This document shows, one piece after another, positions 1 to 7,251 of a stretch of DNA of 44,582 nt. The stretch is from a virus. Taxonomy: Duplodnaviria; Caudoviricetes. A model generated the notes under the pieces. That model ran no database searches and had not been told where the DNA came from. It saw only the letters and a list, made by a program, of their open reading frames with translations. Position 1 is the first letter of the stretch. The number at the start of each line of letters is the position of its first letter. The translations under genes were made by a program, and so were the position numbers. The stretch is taken from positions 1 through 44,582 of the IMG/VR virus record IMGVR_UViG_3300005805_000148; one strand, given 5' to 3'.

Positions 1-147
1 CCCCCGCCCCCCCTTCCCCCCGCCTGCCTCTGCCGCCCTTCGGCGCCCCGTTCCCGCAGTTGCCCTCGCAACTCGCTTCCTGGGGCTTCCTGGGGCGTCT
101 GGTAGTCCTTGGTGGTGGAGAGCCGAAGCCCTCCACCATTTTGGGAT

Positions 148-408
148 TTAGTTACGGCTTGAGAATGGCAACTCTAGGTAGCCTTTGCTCGTTGCGCCTT
201 GACGCAATTTGCTCAAGCCTTTTTTGTCGCTTACGCTTCCCCAGCCTTTTGACACTTGACAGAACTCGCCATTTGTCAATTCTGCCATCATTGTGCCGTA
301 GTGCCAGATTTGACGGTATGACTTGTCAATCTGTACTGCTCGCCACGATGAAGCCTTGACGGTTTTGCCCGTCTTGATTTCTTTAGTGATTAGGTCTTGA
401 ATTTTCAT
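148..408 (-). CDS. hypothetical early protein
   Basis: ORF with RBS GAAAGGGAAAC and own promoter (436-464). Confidence 0.8.
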   Translation of the reverse strand: MKIQDLITKEIKTGKTVKASSWRAVQIDKSYRQIWHYGTMMAELTNGEFCQVSKGWGSVSDKKGLSKLRQGATSKGYLELPFSSRN

Positions 409-435
409 TGTTTCCCTTTCGTCGTTGTTGTTATC

Positions 436-464
436 ATTGTATCACAGTTTTAGAATAATCGCAA
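436..464 (-). promoter_or_regulatory. sigma70/SigA-type promoter, exemplar of more than 20 similar minus-strand promoters in 0.4-15.4 kb
   Basis: TTGCGA-N17-TACAAT with extended TG. The same TTG-N20-TAnAnT layout recurs with the -10 near 812, 1308, 1759, 2115, 2536, 2900, 3516, 3912, 4241, 5019, 5272, 5354, 6715, 7722, 7983, 9038, 9690, 10315, 11430, 12267, 12811, 13416 and 15385. Confidence 0.85.
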
Positions 465-529
465 CCTTTTAAAGGTTTTATTTTTGTCTAATTTGGCCCG
501 CCTGCCTCTGCCCGGTGGCTGGTGGTGTC

Positions 530-549
530 GGTGGGGCTTTCGCCCCACC
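530..549 (-). terminator. 3' hairpin with GAAA loop
   Basis: GGTGGGGC-GAAA-GCCCCACC just after the stop of ORF 558-782; no U-tract. Confidence 0.55.
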
Positions 550-557
550 AGACTTAC

Positions 558-782
558 CTAGTCCAACATTGGGCGTGTTGGGCGTGCCTCGTAGGTTCGG
601 CGCTCTTGGCTCTTGCCGAACAATGGCGCTGAGGTGCGACCAAGTATCGGGTCATTGAGGGTCAAGGCGTGCCCTGTGTAGGCGTTGCGCTCACCGTTTC
701 GGGTGATTATGACTGCGCCCTTGCGGGCGTTTGCGATTAGCCAAGCCGTTTCATTGGCTGGCATTTCGTGTTGTTTTAGCAT
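558..782 (-). CDS. hypothetical protein
   Basis: Start re-assigned to ATG 782 (MLKQHE) behind RBS GAAAGGGAAAC. Confidence 0.75.
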   Translation of the reverse strand: MLKQHEMPANETAWLIANARKGAVIITRNGERNAYTGHALTLNDPILGRTSAPLFGKSQERRTYEARPTRPMLD

Positions 783-917
783 TGTGTTTCCCTTTCGTTG
801 TTGGTAATACCACTGTATCACAATATTAAACAAAAAACAACCTTAAAGCAGATATTTTTTATTTATTTTTACGCTCACTCTCCGTGTTCGTTTTTACTCT
901 CCGTGGTCGCTCGAAAA

Positions 918-931
918 CGAACACACGTTCG
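918..931. promoter_or_regulatory. LexA/SOS-type box
   Basis: CGAAC-ACAC-GTTCG matches the Gram-positive/actinobacterial consensus CGAAC-N4-GTTCG. Confidence 0.7.
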
Positions 932-952
932 CCTGCTTGCCTCTGCCCGTCT

Positions 953-1009
953 CCCAAAAATATGGTGCTGTATATATTTTGGATTTATTTTGGCGAGCGT
1001 TTTCCTTGG
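953..1009 (+). repeat. ~58-bp tripartite element, copy 1
   Basis: CCCAAAAATATGGT-N14-GGATTTATTT-N7-CGTTTTCCTTGG. Confidence 0.95.
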
Positions 1010-1037
1010 GCACCGGCCCGGTGCCGAAGTCCGAATG

Positions 1038-1072
1038 GGTCGGCAGGGAAAGGGAGGTGAACCCTGCCGACC
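1038..1072 (-). other. 3'-UTR hairpin H1 with anti-SD-like loop
   Basis: 11-bp perfect stem; loop on the transcribed strand UUCACCUCCCUUU. Confidence 0.85.
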
Positions 1073-1082
1073 ACTCTCGGTC

Positions 1083-1277
1083 TTAAATTATTTCTCTCTC
1101 CCAGAAGTCCTGAGCCTTTTCGTCTATCACGGTGAAGTATTTGTCCGTGTCCCAGACACTGTCCACCATAGGTATTCTGCCCATACGAAGCAGGTAGTCC
1201 GTGGCTTTTTCTACCCACGGGGTCTTTTCTACTTCGCTTAGTGCTTCCCAAAGTGTGTCCCATTTTGTTGTTGTCAT
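1083..1277 (-). CDS. hypothetical protein
   Basis: RBS AAGGAGAG before ATG 1277; alternative leaderless start at 1301. Confidence 0.75.
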   Translation of the reverse strand: MTTTKWDTLWEALSEVEKTPWVEKATDYLLRMGRIPMVDSVWDTDKYFTVIDEKAQDFWEREII

Positions 1278-1447
1278 TTCGCTCTCCTTGTTGTTTGTCA
1301 TAAGTTAATTATACACTACTGTTAGACATTTAGCAACTTGTCTAGCACTATTTTTTATTTATTTTTACCCCGCTTGCCTCTGCCCGGCGCCGAGTTGCCC
1401 GAGTAAGAGTTGGGGCTTTACGCCAACCCTTACTCGAACTCGCACGC

Positions 1448-1726
1448 TCAGACTAAGGCGTATATTGCTTTAGTCGTTGCGTTATTGGCATTACGGCGAG
1501 CATCGCTATCGGCAGTCTCGCCGTAGAACGCTTGCTTGTATATCTGCTTGCCATTGTCGTAGACGATTACCATTACGGCAGGGTCTACGAAGCCTTCGGG
1601 GTAAGCGATGTCAGCGTTGTAGTAGCACTGAGTAACTTCGCCGTATCCCTTTGGATACGCCTCTGAACTTGTCTCTACCCACTGACTTACTTGCTTAGCG
1701 CCTCTCGGCAGTCTCTTGTGTTCCAT
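1448..1726 (-). CDS. hypothetical protein
   Basis: RBS GAGAGGAAAA and own promoter. Confidence 0.8.
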   Translation of the reverse strand: MEHKRLPRGAKQVSQWVETSSEAYPKGYGEVTQCYYNADIAYPEGFVDPAVMVIVYDNGKQIYKQAFYGETADSDARRNANNATTKAIYALV

Positions 1727-1805
1727 TGTGTTTTCCTCTCGTTTTTTGTGTTGTTATTAGTATAACACTTTGTGGGGAGTTTCGCAACTCCCCACTAGTG
1801 ATTAT

Positions 1806-2066
1806 TTAGACATTTACTGAGTCGTTCATTTTGACTACTTGCTCGGCAGTGAAGTATGGCTTCACGGTATGAGCGAAGTAGCGACCTACTGACGCTTGAG
1901 TGAGCATTGGTGCTACTAGCGTGAGTGGGCAATTTGAGTAGGCATACTCAGCGCCACCAACGAACTGAACGAAGAGTGAGCCTTCGCCGTTGGCGCTATC
2001 TGAGTAGAACGCCCACTTGACGATAGCGGTGCTACCAGTTGTGGTTTGGTGGATAGTTAGTTTCAT
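1806..2066 (-). CDS. KTSC-domain protein
   Basis: ST.I...F...L.V.F.GG.EY.Y...P......AS.GRYF...VK pattern; ATG 2066 with RBS GGGAG. Confidence 0.75.
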   Translation of the reverse strand: MKLTIHQTTTGSTAIVKWAFYSDSANGEGSLFVQFVGGAEYAYSNCPLTLVAPMLTQASVGRYFAHTVKPYFTAEQVVKMNDSVNV

Positions 2067-2176
2067 TGTTATTCTCCCATTGTGTAGGTGAGGCTTGATT
2101 ACCTCACACTTATACTTTATCGTTTCCAAGCGTGTATGACAACCTGTAAATAAAAATACTTTAATTTATTTTTAGG

Positions 2177-2205
2177 TTGCTATTTGTTTTACAGTGTGCT
2201 ATACT
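2177..2205 (+). promoter_or_regulatory. plus-strand promoter with no downstream ORF
   Basis: TTGCTA-N17-TATACT with TG, back-to-back with a minus-strand promoter. Confidence 0.7.
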
Positions 2206-2274
2206 ATAAATAGCGGGGATAAAAGTGCGTGCCGGTCACCCGCTTGCCTCTGGGAAGGCTGCGCCGGCTCTTGT

Positions 2275-2331
2275 CCCAAAAATATGGTTATGTATAAATA
2301 ATGGATTTATTTAGCCGGTCGTTTTCCTTGG
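2275..2331 (+). repeat. ~58-bp tripartite element, copy 2
   Basis: Same three blocks; spacers 14 and 7. Confidence 0.95.
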
Positions 2332-2358
2332 GCCCGGTGGCCTCTGCCCGGGGGTTTT

Positions 2359-2508
2359 TTAGAGCCACTCCACGAGGTCTCCGTCAGAGATTTCGTCTAC
2401 GTCGAGACCCTGTTCTTCGGCGATTGCTTCCCAGATATCGGCTTCGATGTCACAGATAAGTCGCTTTGACATATCCATATCTATGTTGATTAGTGCTTTG
2501 TTTATCAT
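2359..2508 (-). CDS. small acidic hypothetical protein
   Basis: ATG 2508 with RBS AAAGGAA; own promoter. Confidence 0.7.
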   Translation of the reverse strand: MINKALINIDMDMSKRLICDIEADIWEAIAEEQGLDVDEISDGDLVEWL

Positions 2509-2584
2509 TGGGTTCCTTTTGTTTGGTGTAATTATAGTATAACACACTCTCAAGCAATTTGCAACTTGAGAGTGTGTTATTTAA

Positions 2585-2863
2585 TTATTTTACGATTGCT
2601 TTGTCGAAGTCAGTCTCGCCAATTCCAATGAGTTTGCGCTTTGCGAGAATTAGGTCTCGCACGGTCTCACGGTCAAGGCTGTCTCCGTCAAACTCAAACG
2701 CTGGGTTTGGGTTTGTCATATGCGCTATGCAAGCGTCGTGGATTTCGGTATCCGTTGCGAACGGATAAATTGCATTTTTTCGCTCTACTGAGTAAAACGA
2801 TTTGCAATAATCCCTAAACACCGCAAATGTTTTCATTGTTTCTACTGTAAACGCTGTTTCCAT
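2585..2863 (-). CDS. hypothetical protein
   Basis: RBS AGGAGA; own promoter; F.FDGDSLDRE.VRD motif. Confidence 0.8.
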   Translation of the reverse strand: METAFTVETMKTFAVFRDYCKSFYSVERKNAIYPFATDTEIHDACIAHMTNPNPAFEFDGDSLDRETVRDLILAKRKLIGIGETDFDKAIVK

Positions 2864-2953
2864 AATGTTCTCCTGTTTTGGTTGTTTCCTACATATATAA
2901 GTATAGGCTTGCTGTTAGACAACCACAACCTTATTTACAAAATAATTTAGAGG

Positions 2954-2967
2954 CGAACAAGTGTTCG
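2954..2967. promoter_or_regulatory. LexA/SOS-type box
   Basis: CGAAC-AAGT-GTTCG. Confidence 0.7.
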
Positions 2968-3056
2968 GCCCGCTTGCTCCTGCCCGGTGGCTAAATAGCC
3001 AGATGGCTGGTGGGGGTTTTACTGCCCCACCAGCCACAAGCGTATTGCTTGTCAGT

Positions 3057-3461
3057 TTATAGATAGCGAGCGACTGCGCCGTAAGACGAAGTGCGAACAT
3101 ACTCCTCATCAGAGAGTTCTAGCACTCGGATAGCGTTGCTGAGTTCGTTAATCGCTTCACGGTTTTTGTGCTCGTTAAAGTCGGTGTCTTTCTTTGGGAT
3201 AACCAACTTGTGAGAGAAAGTAACCTCTACTGTTTTCGCTTCCTCATCACGCCAACTGTATGGAAACTCAACTTTCTTTACTGTAAGTTTTCCTGACTTC
3301 ACAAGTGCGACTACCGACTTTTTAATGTCGGCAAGTTGTTGCTCGCGAGCCTTTTCTGCTTTGTCGTAATCTGCTTTTTCTTTTTCTGCTTTTGCTAGTG
3401 CTTTATTGAGAGCCGAAAGCAACTTCGCTTTTGGCACACGCACATTTACTGTTTTGCTCAT
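3057..3461 (-). CDS. hypothetical coiled-coil protein
   Basis: 134 aa; RBS GAAAGGT; own promoter. Confidence 0.8.
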   Translation of the reverse strand: MSKTVNVRVPKAKLLSALNKALAKAEKEKADYDKAEKAREQQLADIKKSVVALVKSGKLTVKKVEFPYSWRDEEAKTVEVTFSHKLVIPKKDTDFNEHKNREAINELSNAIRVLELSDEEYVRTSSYGAVARYL

Positions 3462-3608
3462 TATGTTTTATTACCTTTCCATTTAGTGGATACTTCTGTT
3501 TCTCCACTGATTATATTGTATCACAGATAAATTACTTTCGCAACCTATTTGTGAGATTTTTTAATTAAACTTTGCCCGCCTGCCTCTGCCCGGGGGCTTT
3601 CAGGTTTG

Positions 3609-3643
3609 GGCTAGTGGGGAAAGGGAGGTGAACCCCACTAGCC
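3609..3643 (-). other. 3'-UTR hairpin H2 with anti-SD-like loop
   Basis: 11-bp perfect stem; 13-nt loop identical to H1. Confidence 0.85.
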
Positions 3644-3655
3644 ACTCAGACCTGA

Positions 3656-3874
3656 CTATTTCTTTTTTCTGTTTTCCCATTCCTCAATGGTGAAGTCTTT
3701 ACGAGGTGGTTCGTTGCCACATTCGTAGTTCGCCGCTTCGTGCCAAGGCTTACAGTCGCACTTGCCACAGCGATACTCCATTACATCTACCTGAAAGAAG
3801 TCGTGAGTAGCAAAGTTAGCGTCTGCTTCTGCCTTACTTCCCTGAAACGGAATTGGTGCGTTTATTGTATTCAT
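3656..3874 (-). CDS. small Cys/His-containing hypothetical protein
   Basis: CGKCDC..H....C; RBS and promoter present. Confidence 0.75.
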   Translation of the reverse strand: MNTINAPIPFQGSKAEADANFATHDFFQVDVMEYRCGKCDCKPWHEAANYECGNEPPRKDFTIEEWENRKKK

Positions 3875-3980
3875 TATGTTTTTACCTCTTTCCTTTGTTG
3901 TTGATAATCTCAGTGTATCACATTAAATTAGGTTTCGCAACTCGGTTGGCAAAGATTATTTACCAACCGAGCCGAGCGAA

Positions 3981-4202
3981 CTAGACCCGAATTTGCTGGG
4001 TGGTTGTATTGACTACTTCCACTTCGCCGAACTTGCGGATAAGGTCAAACACTTCCTCGCCTTTGACGGCTGAGATGACAACGGTTATATCGGCAATCGT
4101 TAATTCGATATGCCCATTTTTTATACCGACCTTAATGTCATTTACGCTTGTATCCCACGACCAAAGCGTTGTGCTTTGCCGTGCCTTTATTTCTGTGCTC
4201 AT
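3981..4202 (-). CDS. hypothetical protein
   Basis: RBS AGGAGA; own promoter. Confidence 0.75.
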   Translation of the reverse strand: MSTEIKARQSTTLWSWDTSVNDIKVGIKNGHIELTIADITVVISAVKGEEVFDLIRKFGEVEVVNTTTQQIRV

Positions 4203-4302
4203 TATTTTCTCCTATTTGGTTGGATTAACTTACATACACACTATACCATTTCTAGGGCTGTATGACAACTTCTAAACTAAAATAAATAAAATTATTTTAA
4301 GG

Positions 4303-4331
4303 TTGCTTTTTGTCCTTAATTGTGCTACAAT
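4303..4331 (+). promoter_or_regulatory. plus-strand promoter with no credible downstream ORF
   Basis: TTGCTT-N17-TACAAT with TG, divergent from a minus-strand promoter. Confidence 0.7.
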
Positions 4332-4394
4332 AGTAATTAAGCGTTATGTGCCGACCGGCCCGCTTGCCCCTGAGCAGCCCTTGTTTGCTTCCGG

Positions 4395-4450
4395 CCCAAA
4401 ATATGGTGTTCCAAGATATTTGGATTTATTTAGCACGGCGTTTCCCTTGG
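4395..4450 (+). repeat. ~58-bp tripartite element, copy 3
   Basis: Spacers 14 and 7. Confidence 0.95.
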
Positions 4451-4457
4451 TAGATGA

Positions 4458-4494
4458 CACCGGTCGGGGGGAAAGGATGAAGGTCCGACCGGTG
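4458..4494 (-). other. 3'-UTR hairpin H3 with CU-rich loop
   Basis: 10-bp stem CACCGGTCGG/CCGACCGGTG; minus-strand loop ACCUUCAUCCUUUCCCC. Confidence 0.75.
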
Positions 4495-4501
4495 CCAAAT
4501 C

Positions 4502-4984
4502 TTAAGCGTCTACCAATTTAAACGGGCACTCGGCAACTTCCCCAAATACCGTTTCGTAAAGGTTGCGACCTGCTTGCCATTCTTCCCAATTGCCGTCTGA
4601 AGATATCTCAACGCACGAGCCGTAAATATGCTTGGCTCGTATGAGTATTGCCGTAACGACTGCGTCGTAAGGCTTGTAAGCCGTCTTACAAAAACTGAAA
4701 GTGGTTGGCTCGTCTTTGCGGTGCTCACTTATTGTTGGGATGCCTTCCCAATAAAAAGTTTCGTGCGCTTGGTCTCTGCCTTCAACATAGTGCGACGCGT
4801 CGCCGTTGATACTAAAAAAAGCCTCGTTGAACTCTGGCTCGTTTTCGCCTAGACCATTGCGAACTCGAATGCCGTTGGCATTTGCGTAGTCGCATAGTTT
4901 CTTGGCGTCTAGTGATAGTTTGCCAAACATATACGCCGAACCTGAGTTCTTGCGTGGTCTGCGCCAATAATGTGTGTATCCCAT
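4502..4984 (-). CDS. conserved phage hypothetical protein (MGYTHYW...FCKT.KPYD type)
   Basis: Motifs MGYTHYW, HETF, FCKTAYKPYD and SSDG, recognised from phage accessory proteins. Confidence 0.85.
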   Translation of the reverse strand: MGYTHYWRRPRKNSGSAYMFGKLSLDAKKLCDYANANGIRVRNGLGENEPEFNEAFFSINGDASHYVEGRDQAHETFYWEGIPTISEHRKDEPTTFSFCKTAYKPYDAVVTAILIRAKHIYGSCVEISSDGNWEEWQAGRNLYETVFGEVAECPFKLVDA

Positions 4985-5049
4985 TGTGTTGTTACCTTTC
5001 CATTGTGTTGTTGTTTACATTATACCAGAGATGAACCCAATAAGCAACC

Positions 5050-5265
5050 ACCAACAGTAGCCGTCGCTACCCACATATTGACACTCACGAGGTAGCAAGC
5101 CTCGCTATGTCAGTAGTCAGGAACACTGATTGACGGCTACAGCGTAGGAGGGAGACCGCATAAGTTCCTAGGAAACTTAATTAGACTATCGCTAGTGATA
5201 CAACGTATCGGGTGTATGACTTCTTATGTGTTGTCAGTAATTGCTTACTGGATTCATTTCCTTAC
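5050..5265 (-). ncRNA. candidate structured non-coding RNA
   Basis: Two tandem promoters (5272-5300, 5354-5382), no ORF of meaningful length and six nested or adjacent stems. Confidence 0.55.
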
Positions 5266-5445
5266 ATTTATAGTATAACATATCTGAACTGCTTTTGCAA
5301 CTCAGATATGAGATTCTTTTTAAATTCTTTTTGGCCTCGAAAGGCGTAATACCACTATACAGGTTTGTAGCACAAACAACAACCTGCTCAATTAAATTCT
5401 TTTTGTGGTCGCTCGACCACTCTGCGTGGCCTTTGGCTCCCGGCT

Positions 5446-5504
5446 CCCAAAAATATGGTGTTCCAAGATATTTGGGTTGATTTGATGTGCGGCGTTTTCC
5501 TTGG
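5446..5504 (+). repeat. ~58-bp tripartite element, copy 4
   Basis: Spacers 14 and 9. Confidence 0.95.
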
Positions 5505-5558
5505 CACCCGGGCGCCGGTGAAGGCCCTTGCTCCCGCGCGGTATTTTTTCTCGCGGGC

Positions 5559-5587
5559 CGAACATACGTTCGCCGAACACTTGTTCG
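5559..5587. promoter_or_regulatory. tandem LexA/SOS-type boxes
   Basis: CGAAC-ATAC-GTTCG (5559-5572) and CGAAC-ACTT-GTTCG (5574-5587), 1 bp apart. Confidence 0.75.
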
Positions 5588-5623
5588 GGCTGGGCTCTTG
5601 CGAACCCAACCCGAACTCGGTGC

Positions 5624-6670
5624 CTAGACTCCGAGCAACTCCAGAACCTTACGGTCTGACTGCTCGGTCTTGCCCATTAGGGCATTCATCATATTGCGCT
5701 CTACGCGATTGTCATTCGCGCCAACAATGTGGTGGTTGTAGGTGTTGAACGCTTGGAGAACTCCAAGAGCCGAACCTTTCCACGGAGCGACACGAGTGTC
5801 AAAGTTGTAGAGGCTGACCAGTTCGGCGCGCTTGTTTTCTGCGCGAGTCACTGAAGCCTTGTTTGACTGGTCTAATTCCATTTCTGGAATTGGGTTCAGT
5901 CGCTCTAAGACTTTTTGCCATTCGGCGTCACTCACTTTATGTGACGACAACGCGAGCACTTCTGCCACGATGTCATCTTTCATCGCGTGAACGATTCCAA
6001 GCGCGTCGCGTGCGCTCTGAATTTTCATTCCAGAGTTTTTGCTGTGGCGTGCTTTGAATTGGCTGGTCTTTTCGCCCATTGCCATAGCGTGCGTATTATC
6101 GCAAACTACGAAAGTGCTAACTGACTTGTAAGTCGTGGCAAGCATTCCGTTGTGGCTGGTTGTGGCGAGTAAGTGCGGACGCACTGAGAACCCGTCAATA
6201 ATCTCTACCGACTCAGGCAACTCAAGCGAGACGAACGCTACAGCGCCATCTTTTAGGAGTCCTGCCGAGCCAAAGTTGATGTCGTCATCAACAATGTTTG
6301 AGAGGTTCTGAACGAGCCACTCGCCATATTGGTGAGAACGATATCCGCCTTTGAAGATTTCCATTAAGCCGAGAGTGTCGTCGCGCAAGATTGCTTGACG
6401 ATTTTCTGCTTGAATGAACTTAATCGGGTTGCCTGCGTCATCAACGCCTGTAGCGTCGTCTAGCGTCGCTGGGACGCGGACAAACACTGGTGCGCTGATT
6501 GCTGACCACGAGAACAGCCTGCGGAGAATATCTGCCGTAGGGACTGCGCCTGTGTAGTGATTTGGCTCACTGCCTTGGAGGTCTTGGCGATAGTGCCAAG
6601 CGTGTCCACGCTCGTCGGTGTATCCGACAAGAATGTTGGAATTGAGCCATTCCATAGTTTCTGCTGACAT
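5624..6670 (-). CDS. DUF932/DUF945 (phage/plasmid-like TIGR03299-type) protein
   Basis: AWH, SAGLL.DG, LLATTSHNG, VVCDNT and RH...LG motifs. Confidence 0.85.
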   Translation of the reverse strand: MSAETMEWLNSNILVGYTDERGHAWHYRQDLQGSEPNHYTGAVPTADILRRLFSWSAISAPVFVRVPATLDDATGVDDAGNPIKFIQAENRQAILRDDTLGLMEIFKGGYRSHQYGEWLVQNLSNIVDDDINFGSAGLLKDGAVAFVSLELPESVEIIDGFSVRPHLLATTSHNGMLATTYKSVSTFVVCDNTHAMAMGEKTSQFKARHSKNSGMKIQSARDALGIVHAMKDDIVAEVLALSSHKVSDAEWQKVLERLNPIPEMELDQSNKASVTRAENKRAELVSLYNFDTRVAPWKGSALGVLQAFNTYNHHIVGANDNRVERNMMNALMGKTEQSDRKVLELLGV

Positions 6671-6834
6671 TGTGTTCTCTTTTCTGTTTGATTGGGTTGA
6701 TTGCTTACATTACTATTGTATCACTAAACTATCTGTTTAGCAACTCATTAGAAAACTTTTTTTGTAAGTCTTTTAATGAACTGATTTTAGGGTATCGATT
6801 AAATAGTAAAATACCAACCTCTAAATAGGTTTAT

Positions 6835-6855
6835 TTTTCCACAGCCTGTGGATAA
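6835..6855. promoter_or_regulatory. inverted pair of DnaA boxes
   Basis: TTTTCCACA-GCC-TGTGGATAA; the second is the perfect TTATCCACA on the minus strand. Confidence 0.7.
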
Positions 6856-6901
6856 CTTGCGGCCCGCTGCCCCCGCAGTAAGTATTTTTGGCCTCTGGTC
6901 T

Positions 6902-6959
6902 CACAAAATATGGTGTTCCAGGATATTTGGATTTATTCTATGCGCGGCGTTTTCCTTGG
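6902..6959 (+). repeat. ~58-bp tripartite element, copy 5
   Basis: Spacers 14 and 9; preceded by GCCTCTG. Confidence 0.95.
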
Positions 6960-6982
6960 CCCACGTGTGAGCCGGTCTGGGC

Positions 6983-7057
6983 CCGGGCGCCAGAAAGGGG
7001 TAAGAGCGCCCGGACCCACGGCCCGACGGGAGGCACAAGGAAGGGAAAGCCATCCCG
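6983..7057 (-). other. tandem 3'-UTR hairpins H4 and H5 with CU-rich loops
   Basis: Minus-strand loops UCUUACCCCUUUCUG (6991-7005) and UUUCCCUUCCUUGU (7035-7048). Confidence 0.7.
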
Positions 7058-7063
7058 CGCTAT

Positions 7064-7240
7064 TTAGATTAGCGCGTTGTCTTTATTTTGTGTTGCAACC
7101 TCGCTCACAAGAAGGTGAAGTCTTATGTCGAGTAGCAAGTCGGTCATTTCAGATGATGAGACAAGGTCTCTCCCAGATATTGCTGAGAGAGCCTGGTCTA
7201 CCAATTGTCTAATTGTCTCGTTGTTGTCTGTGGTCGTCAT
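7064..7240 (-). CDS. 58-aa hypothetical protein (not in ORF track)
   Basis: Manual translation MTTTDNNETIRQLVDQALSAISGRDLVSSSEMTDLLLDIRLHLL...; fills the operon gap. Confidence 0.7.
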   Translation of the reverse strand: MTTTDNNETIRQLVDQALSAISGRDLVSSSEMTDLLLDIRLHLLVSEVATQNKDNALI

Positions 7241-7251
7241 TGGCGCCTAGA

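Larger units (their letters stand above)
19..4372 (+). repeat. dispersed polar GC-rich motif CCCGCYTGCCTCTGCCCG
   Basis: Copies at 19-34, 497-515, 932-949, 1369-1387, 2239-2252, 2340-2351, 2969-2987, 3575-3593 and 4359-4372; all intergenic and same orientation. Confidence 0.9.

Noticed and set aside
2293-2300. TATAAATA resembling a T4 late promoter
   Set aside because: Falls in the variable spacer of a single repeat copy; no T4-like genes present
518-3013. E. coli Chi GCTGGTGG at 518-525 and 3006-3013
   Set aside because: Both lie in or beside GC-rich hairpin arms and the host appears actinobacterial; probably chance
5388-5609. Minus-strand ORFs 5388-5609 and 5392-5580
   Set aside because: They run across the LexA-type boxes, a hairpin and 58-bp copy 4; no RBS or promoter
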